In this document: positions 9,329 to 18,706 of the stretch, piece after piece
Layout: each line of letters begins with the position of its first letter
Numbering within the stretch: the first letter of the stretch is position 1
DNA from: Planctomycetota bacterium
Lineage (GTDB): Bacteria > Planctomycetota > Phycisphaerae > UBA1845
DNA length: 64,000 bases
Assembly (NCBI GenBank): GCA_016208685.1
Contig: JACQXM010000053.1
Location: 93,957-157,956 of the forward strand
Direction of reading: 5' to 3'
Program-made: the position numbers and the translations under genes
Notes under the pieces: model-generated
What the model saw: only the letters and a program-made list of their open reading frames with translations
What the model was told of the DNA's origin: nothing
Databases searched by the model: none

Positions 9329-9390
9329 AGCGGTAGTGGGATTCGATAATCGACCGCACGGTGCGATCGGGTGAGGATTTGTAGCGAAGG

Positions 9391-9879
9391 ATGAGAATCA
9401 TGGTAGCAGAGACGAGGGAGTGCATGACCCAGATGTTCGACAACCTGGCGGATAGCGCCCGCGCTTCGATGGAAGCCGGTCGGCGCATCCAGGAATCCTG
9501 GTTCGAGGCCATGGGCGGGTCAGCCAAGGGAACGCCGGCGTTCGAAGGCATGTTGGCGCAGGCCGAGAAGATCGCCACCGGCTGGCTTCCGGTTGCCGGC
9601 AAGAACATGCAGGCCGTGGCCGAGACCATGAACACGACGTTCCAGGCCGGCATGGACCTGTTCAAGACCGCGTGCGACGCAACCATGAAGAGCGGCGAAG
9701 GCGACGTTTATCGCAAAGGGCGCGAGCTGTGGGACGCGACGTTCAGCGCCTATCGCAACGGCGTTGGCGCGTGGAACCAGGCCGGCAGCCGCATAATGGA
9801 GAACTGGGCTGCGTTCTGCCAAACCGCCTCTTACGAGTGCGGAACCAAGCCGGCGACCAAGCCCGCCAGGAGCGCGTAA
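9391..9879 (+). CDS. Putative phasin (granule-associated protein)
   Basis: Ala/Met-rich amphipathic helical protein with KPATKPA tail, first gene opposite phaR; call rests on context. Confidence 0.55.
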   Translation: MRIMVAETRECMTQMFDNLADSARASMEAGRRIQESWFEAMGGSAKGTPAFEGMLAQAEKIATGWLPVAGKNMQAVAETMNTTFQAGMDLFKTACDATMKSGEGDVYRKGRELWDATFSAYRNGVGAWNQAGSRIMENWAAFCQTASYECGTKPATKPARSA

Positions 9880-10107
9880 ACACGCGAGCCGCGTCGCCGG
9901 GCCGTCGGCCACGACGCCCCGGCGGGCGGACGGCGGGCGCTCCGGCACGTGCGCCAGCGCCGCGGGTTCGGTGGCGGTCGGCGACCGCACCGTATCGCCG
10001 CGACGCCGCGCTGGGTCGGAGCGGGATCGGAATCCCAGTTTTGGTCAGGCTGTTGGCCGGCGAGCATCCGTAAGCGGGCGCAAAGGGGGGCGCTATCGGA
10101 GACAGCC

Positions 10108-11289
10108 ATGCTCAAGAACGTGTACCTCACGGGTGGGGTCCGTACGCCGTTCGGATCGTTTAACGGCGCCCTCGCCGCACTTTCCGCGCCGCAGCTCGGG
10201 GGCATCGCCATCAAGGCGTGCCTGGAGCGCGCGGGCGTGGATCGCCGCGAGGTTGACGAGGTCATTTTCGGCAACGTGCTCCAGGCCGGGCTCGGCCAAA
10301 ACGTTGCCAGACAGGCGACACTCGCCGCCGGGCTCGGCGTCGAGGTCGGCGCCACCACGGTGAACAAAGTCTGCGGCTCCGCGCTGCGCGCCGTCATCCT
10401 CGGCGCGCAGGCCATCCAGTGCGGCGACGCCGGCATGGTCGTGGCTGGCGGCACGGAGAGCATGAGCAATGCCCCCTACCTGCTCCGCAAAGCGCGCAGC
10501 GGCTACCGCATGGGGCACGGCGAACTCATCGACGCCATGATCTACGACGGGCTCTGGGACGTGTACACCAACCGTCACATGGGCACCTGCGGCGACCAGT
10601 GCGCCACCAAATACAACATCACCCGTGAGGACCAGGACGGCTACGCGGCGGAAAGCTACCGCCGCGCCATCCGTGCCTGGGACGAGGGGTTCTTCGCGGG
10701 GAACGTGGTCCCCGTGGACGTGCCGGCGGGAAAGACCTCCACCCGCTGCGAACGCGACGAGGACCTAGCCAAGTTTCAGGGCGAAGACAAGCTCCGCGCC
10801 CTCAAGCCGGCCTTCGGTCCCGCCAGCACCATCACCGCGGGAAACGCCTCCAAGATCAACGACGGGGCGGCCGCCATCGTCGTTTTCGGCGACGAAAAGA
10901 AGAACGCGCTGGGACTAAAGCCGCAGGCGCGCATCCTGGGCCACGCCAACGTCGCCATGGAATCCGACTGGTTCACCATCGCCCCCATCTACGCCATCAG
11001 AAAGCTGTCCGAACAGCTCAAGATCAAGCCCGCCGACGTGGACGTCTTCGAAATCAACGAAGCGTTCTCCGTCGTCGCGCTGGTGGCCATGCGCGAGCTG
11101 AAGCTCGACCATACCCGCGTGAACATCGCCGGGGGCGCGGTAGCCATTGGTCATCCCATCGGAACCACGGGCACGCGCCTGGTCAACAACGTCGTCCAGG
11201 CCTTGCATCGCCACAACAAGACCCTCGGCGTCGCGTGCCTGTGCATCGGTGGCGGGGAAGCGACGGCGATCGCGGTGGAACGGTGCTAA
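10108..11289 (+). CDS. phaA: Acetyl-CoA acetyltransferase (thiolase)
   Basis: NKVCGS, GGTESMS, EINEAF, GHPIGTTG, CIGGG. Confidence 0.93.
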   Translation: MLKNVYLTGGVRTPFGSFNGALAALSAPQLGGIAIKACLERAGVDRREVDEVIFGNVLQAGLGQNVARQATLAAGLGVEVGATTVNKVCGSALRAVILGAQAIQCGDAGMVVAGGTESMSNAPYLLRKARSGYRMGHGELIDAMIYDGLWDVYTNRHMGTCGDQCATKYNITREDQDGYAAESYRRAIRAWDEGFFAGNVVPVDVPAGKTSTRCERDEDLAKFQGEDKLRALKPAFGPASTITAGNASKINDGAAAIVVFGDEKKNALGLKPQARILGHANVAMESDWFTIAPIYAIRKLSEQLKIKPADVDVFEINEAFSVVALVAMRELKLDHTRVNIAGGAVAIGHPIGTTGTRLVNNVVQALHRHNKTLGVACLCIGGGEATAIAVERC

Positions 11290-11348
11290 GCGCCGCCGCG
11301 ACCGCTTCCGGACCTGCCATCGACCCGGAGGTGTGGGCGATGGAAGAT

Positions 11349-11797
11349 GTGGAATTGGGAATGCGGAAACAGAGCTGCGACCGTGAGGGAGCGGGCAAGG
11401 AACGCGGAATTGGGAATGCGGAATTCGGAAACCCGGCCGCGACCGTCGGTCTGGGTGGCCCATCGCTTTAGCGATGGGGGAGTCGATTATCGCGCAAGAA
11501 CCGGCGCGTACGATCCGTACCGCGACGGCATGGAGCGGTTTCCAACCAGCGGTGCCGCTCCTTGACACTCGCGGTCCTGATACGATCGCCTCGACCGGCT
11601 GGAAAGCCGGTCCCACAGGCATAGCCGCGCCCCGCAGGGAGCGGGCAAGGAATGCGGAATTGGGAATGCGGAACGGAGCCGCGACCGTGAGGGACCGGGC
11701 GGCGAGCCGCGGGCTTTAGCCCGCGCGGCCCGAACGAATGCGGAATGATGGATTCGGAATGCGGAAACAAAGCCGCGTTCGTGAGGGAGCGGGCAAG
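11349..11797. repeat. Mosaic REP-like cluster with heptamer repeats
   Basis: Several AGAGCCGCGACCGTGAGGGAGCGGG-type units, GCCGCGGGCTTTAGCCCGCGCGG, GGCTGGAAAGCCGGTCCCACA, and GGAATTG/GGAATGC heptamers. Confidence 0.85.
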
Positions 11798-11871
11798 ACG
11801 CGATAGCGGTACCGGCGGCGACAAGACGTCAACGTAAAGGAGGCAGGGCACTCGGCCAGCCTGAACGACGG

Positions 11872-12399
11872 ATGAACGAAACAGCCAACAACCCTGCGGA
11901 CCCCTTCTCGCGGTTCTGGATGGACATGATGTCCCGCATGACCTCGGCGGCCATGCCTGCCGCGGCCCCGACGGCCGGCCCCTTGGGTGCCTCGCCCCTG
12001 GGCGAGGAATACCTGCGTACCATGCGGCAGGCGTTTTTCGACGCCTGGGCGAAGTACTGCGACGAATACCTCGGCTCCGAGCCGTTCCTGGAGATCATGC
12101 GAAAGTCCATGGAGAACGCCCTGGCCTTTAAGCGGCAGGTCAACGAATTCCTGGCCAAGTCGGTGCACGAGGCGCAGATGCCCTCGCGCGAAGATACGGA
12201 TTCCATCATGCTCGTGCTCCGCAGCATGGAGGAGCGGGTTCTGGATCGTCTGGAGAAGCTGTCGCAGCGAGTGGAAGCGTTGGAGGCCCGCGGCGCGGGC
12301 GGGCCTTCAACGGCTGCGACCGCCGCGGCCCGGAGCCAACCCCCTGCCCCGGATGCCACGCGCGGCGGCAAGCGCCCGGGTAAGGGAGGAGCACGATGA
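11872..12399 (+). CDS. phaE: PhaE-like subunit of class III PHA synthase
   Basis: FFDAWAKYCDEYLGSEPF, QMPSREDTDSI..LRSME; ATGA overlap with phaC. Confidence 0.75.
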   Translation: MNETANNPADPFSRFWMDMMSRMTSAAMPAAAPTAGPLGASPLGEEYLRTMRQAFFDAWAKYCDEYLGSEPFLEIMRKSMENALAFKRQVNEFLAKSVHEAQMPSREDTDSIMLVLRSMEERVLDRLEKLSQRVEALEARGAGGPSTAATAAARSQPPAPDATRGGKRPGKGGAR

Positions 12400-13532
12400 C
12401 CCCTTCCGCTCTCCCTTGGATGCCCTGGCTGCCGGCTCCAGCCGACGCCCAGGCGATGTGGGACGGTTTCCTTCGCCGCCTGGCGCACCTGCCGAAAGTG
12501 GCAGACGTAGCACGCAAGGTGCGCGTGGGCGCCACGCCCAAGGAAGTGGTACACCGCATCGACAAGTTGCGGCTGCTGCACTACCTCAACGACGAAACGC
12601 CGCGGTTCGAAACGCCGCTGCTGGTGGTCTTCGCCCTGGTGAACCGCCCCTATATTCTCGACCTGCGCCCCGGCAAGAGCGTGGTCAGCCACTTCATCCA
12701 AGGCGGCTTCAACACCTACAACCTGGACTGGGGTGTGCCCTCCGACGGCGACCGCTTCCTGGACATGAACGACTACATCAACGGCTACCTCGACGACATG
12801 GTCGACGAGGTGCGCCAGCGCTGCGGCGTGGAGCAGATCAACCTGCTGGGCTATTGCATGGGCGGTAGCATGAGTGCCATGTATACGGCGCTGCACCCCC
12901 ACAAGGTGCGGAACCTCATCATGCTCGCCGCGCCCGTGGACTGGTCCAGCAAGGACTATCTGCTCGGCAAGTGGGTGGACCCCGGGGTTTTCGACGTCGA
13001 TCAACTGATCGAGGTGTACGGCAACGCCCCCGCGGACCTGCTCCAGGGCTCGTTCCTCATGCTCAAGCCCGTCTCCACGCTGGTGGAGAAGTACTTCTCC
13101 TTCTACGAGAACATGGAAAACGAGAAGTTCCTCGAGGACTTCTTCGCCATGGAGACCTGGCTGAACGACAACATCCCGGTCGCCGGGGAGATGTTCCGCC
13201 AGTTCGTCAAATACTGCATGCAGCAGAACCGCCTCATCAAGGGCACCCTGCGCATCGGCGGCAAGCCCGTGAATCTGCGGAACGTCACCTGCCCGGTGTT
13301 GAACCTGACGGCGCAGCAGGATCACCTGGTGCCCTGCGGCCTGAGCACGCCGTTTAATGACGCGGTCGGGTCCGCCGATCGCACGGCGATCAACTTCCCC
13401 GCGGGCCACATCGGGCTGGCCGTGGGCTCGAAAGCCAACCGCGACCTGTGGCCCCGGGCCGTCGCGTGGCTGGCGGAGCGATCGAAACCCCTAACCGAGC
13501 GAACGATCGACCAACCCGGGCGGCGCGCGTAG
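12396..13532 (+). CDS. phaC: Class III poly(hydroxyalkanoate) synthase PhaC
   Basis: 378 aa; ALVNRPYILDL, lipase box GYCMGG, DHLVP, GHIG. Confidence 0.93.
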   Translation: MTPSALPWMPWLPAPADAQAMWDGFLRRLAHLPKVADVARKVRVGATPKEVVHRIDKLRLLHYLNDETPRFETPLLVVFALVNRPYILDLRPGKSVVSHFIQGGFNTYNLDWGVPSDGDRFLDMNDYINGYLDDMVDEVRQRCGVEQINLLGYCMGGSMSAMYTALHPHKVRNLIMLAAPVDWSSKDYLLGKWVDPGVFDVDQLIEVYGNAPADLLQGSFLMLKPVSTLVEKYFSFYENMENEKFLEDFFAMETWLNDNIPVAGEMFRQFVKYCMQQNRLIKGTLRIGGKPVNLRNVTCPVLNLTAQQDHLVPCGLSTPFNDAVGSADRTAINFPAGHIGLAVGSKANRDLWPRAVAWLAERSKPLTERTIDQPGRRA

Positions 13533-13565
13533 TCCGTCGGCGGGCGTGGGTCGGGGAGATCATGC

Positions 13566-14390
13566 ATGATTCTTAACGGTCGGACGGCGGTCATCACCGG
13601 AGGAGCCAGCGGCATCGGCCAGGCGGTCTGCATGAAACTGGCCAACGAGGAGGAGGTCCGCGCCATTGCCGTCGTCGACCAGGCCGGCGAGACCGAACAA
13701 TTCTGCCGGAAGCTCAACGACGCCCTGGGGCGCCCCGTGCTCCTCCCCTACTGCGGCGACGTGACCGATCGCGCCTTCCGGGAATCCGTCTTCCAGGACA
13801 TGGAGGAACGCTTCGGTCCGGTCACGCTTTGCGTTCCCGCGGCAGGGATCGTACGTGATCGCCTCGCCGTCAAGCTCGACCAGACCAACGGCAAAGTCAA
13901 ACACAACATGTACGACGAGGACGAATTCCGCCGCGTGATCGACGTCGATCTGCTGGCGCCCATCTACTGGGCGATGCGCATGGTGGCCTCGGTGGCCATG
14001 GACCGCGCCACGCGCGGGCTCAAGCAGTGGGTTCCCGCGGAGACCATGCAGGGGGCCATCGTGCTCATCGGCTCCATCTCCTCGGCGGGCAACCGCGGCC
14101 AGATCGCCTACGCCACCGCCAAGCGCGGCCTGGAAGGCGCTCAGGCCACGCTGGCCAAGGAGGCCGTGTACTTCGGCGTGCGCTGCGCTATCATCCACCC
14201 CGGTTTCACGGATACGCCGATGGTTCGCTCGCTGGGCGAGGAGATGATCAAGGACCGCATTCTGCCGAATACCCAGCTTCGCCGCCTCATCCGCCCCGAC
14301 GAGATCGCCGGGGCCATCGTGTTCATGCTCAAGAACTCCGCCGTCAGCGGCACCCTCTGGGCGGACGCCGGCTGGCATCCCACGGCGTAA
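13566..14390 (+). CDS. SDR oxidoreductase, probable acetoacetyl-CoA reductase (PhaB/FabG-like)
   Basis: TGGASGIG, GNRGQIAYATAK (YxxxK), PGFTDTPM. Confidence 0.85.
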   Translation: MILNGRTAVITGGASGIGQAVCMKLANEEEVRAIAVVDQAGETEQFCRKLNDALGRPVLLPYCGDVTDRAFRESVFQDMEERFGPVTLCVPAAGIVRDRLAVKLDQTNGKVKHNMYDEDEFRRVIDVDLLAPIYWAMRMVASVAMDRATRGLKQWVPAETMQGAIVLIGSISSAGNRGQIAYATAKRGLEGAQATLAKEAVYFGVRCAIIHPGFTDTPMVRSLGEEMIKDRILPNTQLRRLIRPDEIAGAIVFMLKNSAVSGTLWADAGWHPTA

Positions 14391-14420
14391 GAAACGACCC
14401 CCGTACCGCGACCACGATCA

Positions 14421-14502
14421 GTGCCGCGGGCTTCAGCCCGCGCGGCGATCCGCACCGCGACAGTATGGAGCGGGCCGCGAGCCGCGGGCTTCAACCCACG
14501 CT
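14421..14502. repeat. Two REP-like palindromes
   Basis: gccgcgggcttcagcccgcgcggc and gagccgcgggcttcaacccacg, the same family as 11704 and 52484. Confidence 0.75.
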
Positions 14503-14649
14503 CCCCAGCCCCCGCCCATTCGCGCCGCCGCCCGTACCGTATTCGCACCCACATCGTCCGCCCAAGCCCGTGCACTCACGGTTCTCGCCACGACGCACGC
14601 CACCAATACCCGCCTTCCAATCCCCTCCAGCCTCGCTACACTGACGAAC

Positions 14650-17049
14650 ATGTCCGACGGGTCCAAGCTGGAATCCCTGTGCTTTCTCGAGGACGAGCCC
14701 GTCCCCGGCCACAAAGTTGACGAGCTCGACCTCATCACCTTCGCTCGTGTCATCGCCGGCGGCGCTCTCGGCACCGGCGGCCCGTTCACCATGGGCGTCT
14801 TCGGCGACTGGGGCGAGGGCAAGACCTCCATCCTGCGACAAGCCCGCAGCCTCCTGGATGAGGACCCTGCCCGCCCCGTGGTGACGGCCTTTTTCAACGC
14901 TTGGCAGTTCGAACGCGAAGAACACCCCATCGTCCCCCTCACCGCCACCATCGTGGCCGCCGTTGAGGGCAAACTCCAAGAGTGGGAGAGCGGCAAAGCG
15001 CTCACTAAGAAGGCACTCGCCGGAAGCCTGGATGCTTTCAAGACGGTCGCCCGCGCCCTGCGCGCAATCGCCTACGGATTCTCCATCAAGGCCAAAGTTC
15101 CCGTCCCCGGCTTCGGCGAAATCGAGGCCGGCTTCGTGGCCAAGGAGATGATCGAACGCTACGACAAGCTCGCCACGCCACCCGATCCGCTGGTGGAGCG
15201 CACGCTCTACTATCGCGCCTTCGACGTGCTTGACACCCTGGCGCGCCGGGCGCGCCAGCCGGGCGACGGTCCACCCTTCAAGATCGTGGTCTTCGTCGAC
15301 GACCTGGACCGCTGCCTTCCACCACAGGCCGTGCGCCTCCTGGAGAGCATCAAGCTCGTCCTTTGCCAACCCGGCTTCATCTTCGTCCTCGCCCTGGACG
15401 CTCGCGTGATCCGCGCCTATCTCACCCGCCGTTACCGGGAGGAGTATGGCCTGGAAGACTACGACCGCGGCCCCCCCTACCTCGACAAGATCATACAGCT
15501 TCCCATTCCCATCCCCTCCCACCGCACCCGCTTCGAACAGTACGTTCTCAAGCTGCTCGATCGGCCGGTGCTCTCGAACGTCGTGTCCAACCGCCCGGTC
15601 CGCGACGTGATCCGCAGCCTCATCGAGGTTCTGGGTCTCGGCTCCCGGTACAACCCGCGAACTCTGGTTCGCTTCATCAACAACCTCATCATCGATAACG
15701 CCATGTGGCGCTCAGGCGGCGAAACGCCGGACCCGGAGTTTCTCGGCGTTTGCGCCGCGGACCGGATGTTGAGGGAACACTGCGACGCCACGTTGTATGA
15801 GCATCTCGTCCGAAACGAGGAATTGTGCGCCGTGCTTGCCGCCGGTCGGCCCACTCGTGAGACCTTCGACCGGCTTGATCACCAGGACGGGGAGGAGGTC
15901 TCGCCACGCGCCGGGAAGATGCGCGAGGACCTCCTCCGCCGACTTGACGAGAACCCCTACCTTCCCGAGCTATTGAAAACCAAGCCGGTCAATCGCTGGC
16001 TTACCGACCGCGAGCTGCGGGTAGAAGTAAGCGAGTTCATGGCCAGGCAGCGCACTCAGTCCACGGCCCCGGCATCCGAACGCGAGATCATTGAGTCCGC
16101 AATCCGGCAAAGCCTCGGAGAACCTGCTGACGCCCCCGTTACCGACGGCATGCGTGCTCGTGTTAAGAGGCTCTCGCTCGAAGCACAGCCGATTAGCGAC
16201 TCGTCGGTCGGACACCTGCGGTCACTGACCGCGCTCCAATCGCTCGACTTGTCGGGGACAGCAATTGCCGATGCCGGATTGGCCTACCTTGGCCCGTTGA
16301 AAGGGTTACGGGACATCTCACTCGACCGCACTGCGATCACCGACGCCGGGCTCGCGCGCCTTGCGAAACGTAAGTCGCTGCGAGGCCTTTCCCTCGACGG
16401 TACTTCGATCACCGATCGCGGACTCAAGTACGTCTCCCTACTGACGTCCTTGCGGACGCTCTCCCTCGCCCGTACCCGTGTCACCGACGCGGGCTTGCGA
16501 AGCGTAGTACGTCTCACCGAACTCAGCGGGCTCGTGCTGTCGGATACTGGAATCACTGACGCCGGACTCGCGCACCTCACGACGTTGCGGTCGCTACGGG
16601 CGCTCCGGCTAGACGACACCGCCACCAGCAGCGCCGGACTCGAACACCTCGCAGCACTCAGGGGGTTGGCAACGCTCACACTCGATGGCACGGGGATCAC
16701 CGACGCCGGCTTGGATTCGCTGAAGCCACTCAGCCTGTTGGACACGCTGAGCCTTGGTCGCACGAGGATCACCGGCACCGGGCTCGAGCGCCTCGTCGCA
16801 CTAACCCTCTTAACTTGGCTGTCACTCGAGGGTGCCGCCACCACTGACGCCGGGCTCGAACACCTCGCAGCACTCCGGGGGTTGGTGTGGCTCTCGCTCA
16901 GTGGCACGGCGATTACCGATGCCGGGCTTAAGCACTTGACGGCCTGCGTGGCGTTGCGAGCCCTCCACATTCGCGGCACGCGAGTCACTGAGGACGGGGT
17001 CTCCAACCTGCGGCGCGCCCTCCCGCGCTGCCACGTATTCGGCCTTTAG
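14650..17049 (+). CDS. KAP-family P-loop NTPase fused to 12 leucine-rich repeats
   Basis: Walker A GDWGEGKT, FNAW, Walker B VFVDDLDRC, YLDKIIQLP, NPR; C-terminal 24-aa LxLxxTxITDAGLxxL repeats. Confidence 0.9.
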   Translation: MSDGSKLESLCFLEDEPVPGHKVDELDLITFARVIAGGALGTGGPFTMGVFGDWGEGKTSILRQARSLLDEDPARPVVTAFFNAWQFEREEHPIVPLTATIVAAVEGKLQEWESGKALTKKALAGSLDAFKTVARALRAIAYGFSIKAKVPVPGFGEIEAGFVAKEMIERYDKLATPPDPLVERTLYYRAFDVLDTLARRARQPGDGPPFKIVVFVDDLDRCLPPQAVRLLESIKLVLCQPGFIFVLALDARVIRAYLTRRYREEYGLEDYDRGPPYLDKIIQLPIPIPSHRTRFEQYVLKLLDRPVLSNVVSNRPVRDVIRSLIEVLGLGSRYNPRTLVRFINNLIIDNAMWRSGGETPDPEFLGVCAADRMLREHCDATLYEHLVRNEELCAVLAAGRPTRETFDRLDHQDGEEVSPRAGKMREDLLRRLDENPYLPELLKTKPVNRWLTDRELRVEVSEFMARQRTQSTAPASEREIIESAIRQSLGEPADAPVTDGMRARVKRLSLEAQPISDSSVGHLRSLTALQSLDLSGTAIADAGLAYLGPLKGLRDISLDRTAITDAGLARLAKRKSLRGLSLDGTSITDRGLKYVSLLTSLRTLSLARTRVTDAGLRSVVRLTELSGLVLSDTGITDAGLAHLTTLRSLRALRLDDTATSSAGLEHLAALRGLATLTLDGTGITDAGLDSLKPLSLLDTLSLGRTRITGTGLERLVALTLLTWLSLEGAATTDAGLEHLAALRGLVWLSLSGTAITDAGLKHLTACVALRALHIRGTRVTEDGVSNLRRALPRCHVFGL

Positions 17050-17189
17050 CCGCATCTTACTTCCCCCGTTCGCCCGACTTGCAGCGCCTTCGTCGTTCCC
17101 AGTTCCCGATCCTCGATCCGCCCTTGACCCCCACCTTATGTGCGGTATATGTTAGGTACGACGACCGGCGCCCGAGAAGGAGCTCCACC

Positions 17190-17360
17190 ATCATCACCCC
17201 CGACCGCAAACTCGCCTCCAACCGCCGCAACGTCCAGCGCTCCACCGGCCCCAAAACCCCCGCCGGAAGGGCCCGCTCCGCCCGCAAACCCTTCTCACAT
17301 GCGACGTCACGCGTCCGCGCACGCACACCCCCCGTAGCGGCTCCGAAGCTTCAGGCGTGA
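17190..17360 (+). pseudogene. Decayed fragment of an 'ANRRNAQKSTGPxTPEGK'-type small protein gene
   Basis: ITPDRKLASNRRNVQRSTGPKTPAGRARSAR; AGGAG followed by ATC where ATG is expected; promoter-like TTGACC..TATATG at 17124-17151. Confidence 0.6.
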
Positions 17361-17560
17361 CGCCCGCCGCAGTGCCCTACGGCGACGCTGGAACGGTCGG
17401 TTCTCCGACGAGTAGCGCGCGTCGCCGCGCTCCTCGCCTGGGCGGGTCACAGTCCACGGCCGCGGCGTACGGATCAGAAATACCTCCTTTTCCCCAGTTC
17501 GCGGCGTGGTGCGACCCCGCTCGGCCGCACACCGCGCGGGGGACGCGCTTTCCACCGATG

Positions 17561-18706
17561 CTACGGCAGGCGAATCGCCCCGGCCCGCGTCAGCTCCTTG
17601 AGGCGCTCCGCCAAGCGTTCCGACAGCCGCGTCGCCCCCCTTCCGTTCAGATGCGTCAGGTCATGGAACAAGCTCGCGGGATCGTCACCAAGTTCGTCGA
17701 GTTCCACCCGACACAAAGGGATGTTAAGCGAGCGGCTCACCTCGACGAGCCGCCCAACGAACCGCTCCTGCTCGGCGGTCGCGCGCGTGCCGGCCATGGC
17801 GGTCTCGAACGCCGGGTGCAGCGGGGGGTCGAACAGCACCACCTGGGCGCCGGTTTCAAGCAGCCCACGGAGGTCCCGCTCCAGCAGCGCCCCGCGGACG
17901 CCATCCTGCGGGCCCTCGGCGTACCAGTGTCGTTCGAGCTCCTCGACCTGCCGGCCCAGTGTCTCCGGCGCGGCGGCCGGCGCCGGCCCCGACGAAAGCT
18001 CCAGATAGCCCCCGTCGACGGCATTCCGCGTCGCCCGCTCCGCCACGGATCGCCACCACCGCCGCCAGAGGGTGCGCTCCGGCAGGAAGCAGGCCTCCAG
18101 CGCCCGACGCGGCGGCGCCAGTCGGAACCGTTCCACGATGCCCACGGACCACAAAGTCTCGTCGCCGAGGAAGGCCGCATCATCAACCGCGTCGTTGACG
18201 CTGAACGGCGAGACCACGAGGACGACAATGGGCTTCGGTGCGAAGCGCGTTGCGAACTCCCGGTAGGCAGCGAGCGTCGCCGAACTCTCGCAGGCGTGAA
18301 GGGCCACGTTCACCGCGGTCCCGGGGGGCAGTCCGAGCCCATCGCCCACCACCCGCGGGATGACACCGGTCTGCGCCCGTGAATCCCCAGCGATGATCAG
18401 ACCGGGCCGACCATGCTCCGTCAGCGCCAGCACCTTGCGCCGCAAGGGCTCGCGCGCCAGCGGACAGGGAAATGCCCAGGCGCTCAACAAGCCGTGCACG
18501 GCAGCCACCAGCGCCAGCGCCACGATGGCACCCTGCGGACAGGCACGCAGCGCCGTCCGCGCTCGGTCCGCGGCTCGCGCCGCCGGCCGCGTGGCCGCGC
18601 GGCGTTCCCTCCGCGCCCGCGCAAGCCCTACGCGCGGCACTGCCGGCGGAGCGCCAAGAGCCTCCGCCAGTTCCCTAGAACTGGAAGTAAATGAAGGGCT
18701 TTCCAA
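17561..18706 (-). CDS. SGNH-hydrolase-like O-acyltransferase partner (AlgJ/PatB/DltD-like)
   Basis: N-terminal TM, IAGDSRA (GDS), FHDLTHLN (DxxH); follows the MBOAT gene; start uncertain. Confidence 0.7.
   Translation of the reverse strand: MESPSFTSSSRELAEALGAPPAVPRVGLARARRERRAATRPAARAADRARTALRACPQGAIVALALVAAVHGLLSAWAFPCPLAREPLRRKVLALTEHGRPGLIIAGDSRAQTGVIPRVVGDGLGLPPGTAVNVALHACESSATLAAYREFATRFAPKPIVVLVVSPFSVNDAVDDAAFLGDETLWSVGIVERFRLAPPRRALEACFLPERTLWRRWWRSVAERATRNAVDGGYLELSSGPAPAAAPETLGRQVEELERHWYAEGPQDGVRGALLERDLRGLLETGAQVVLFDPPLHPAFETAMAGTRATAEQERFVGRLVEVSRSLNIPLCRVELDELGDDPASLFHDLTHLNGRGATRLSERLAERLKELTRAGAIRLP

Noticed and set aside
11349..11797. Possible CRISPR array
   Set aside because: Repeats are degenerate, irregularly spaced, dispersed across the window, and there are no cas genes; fits REP elements
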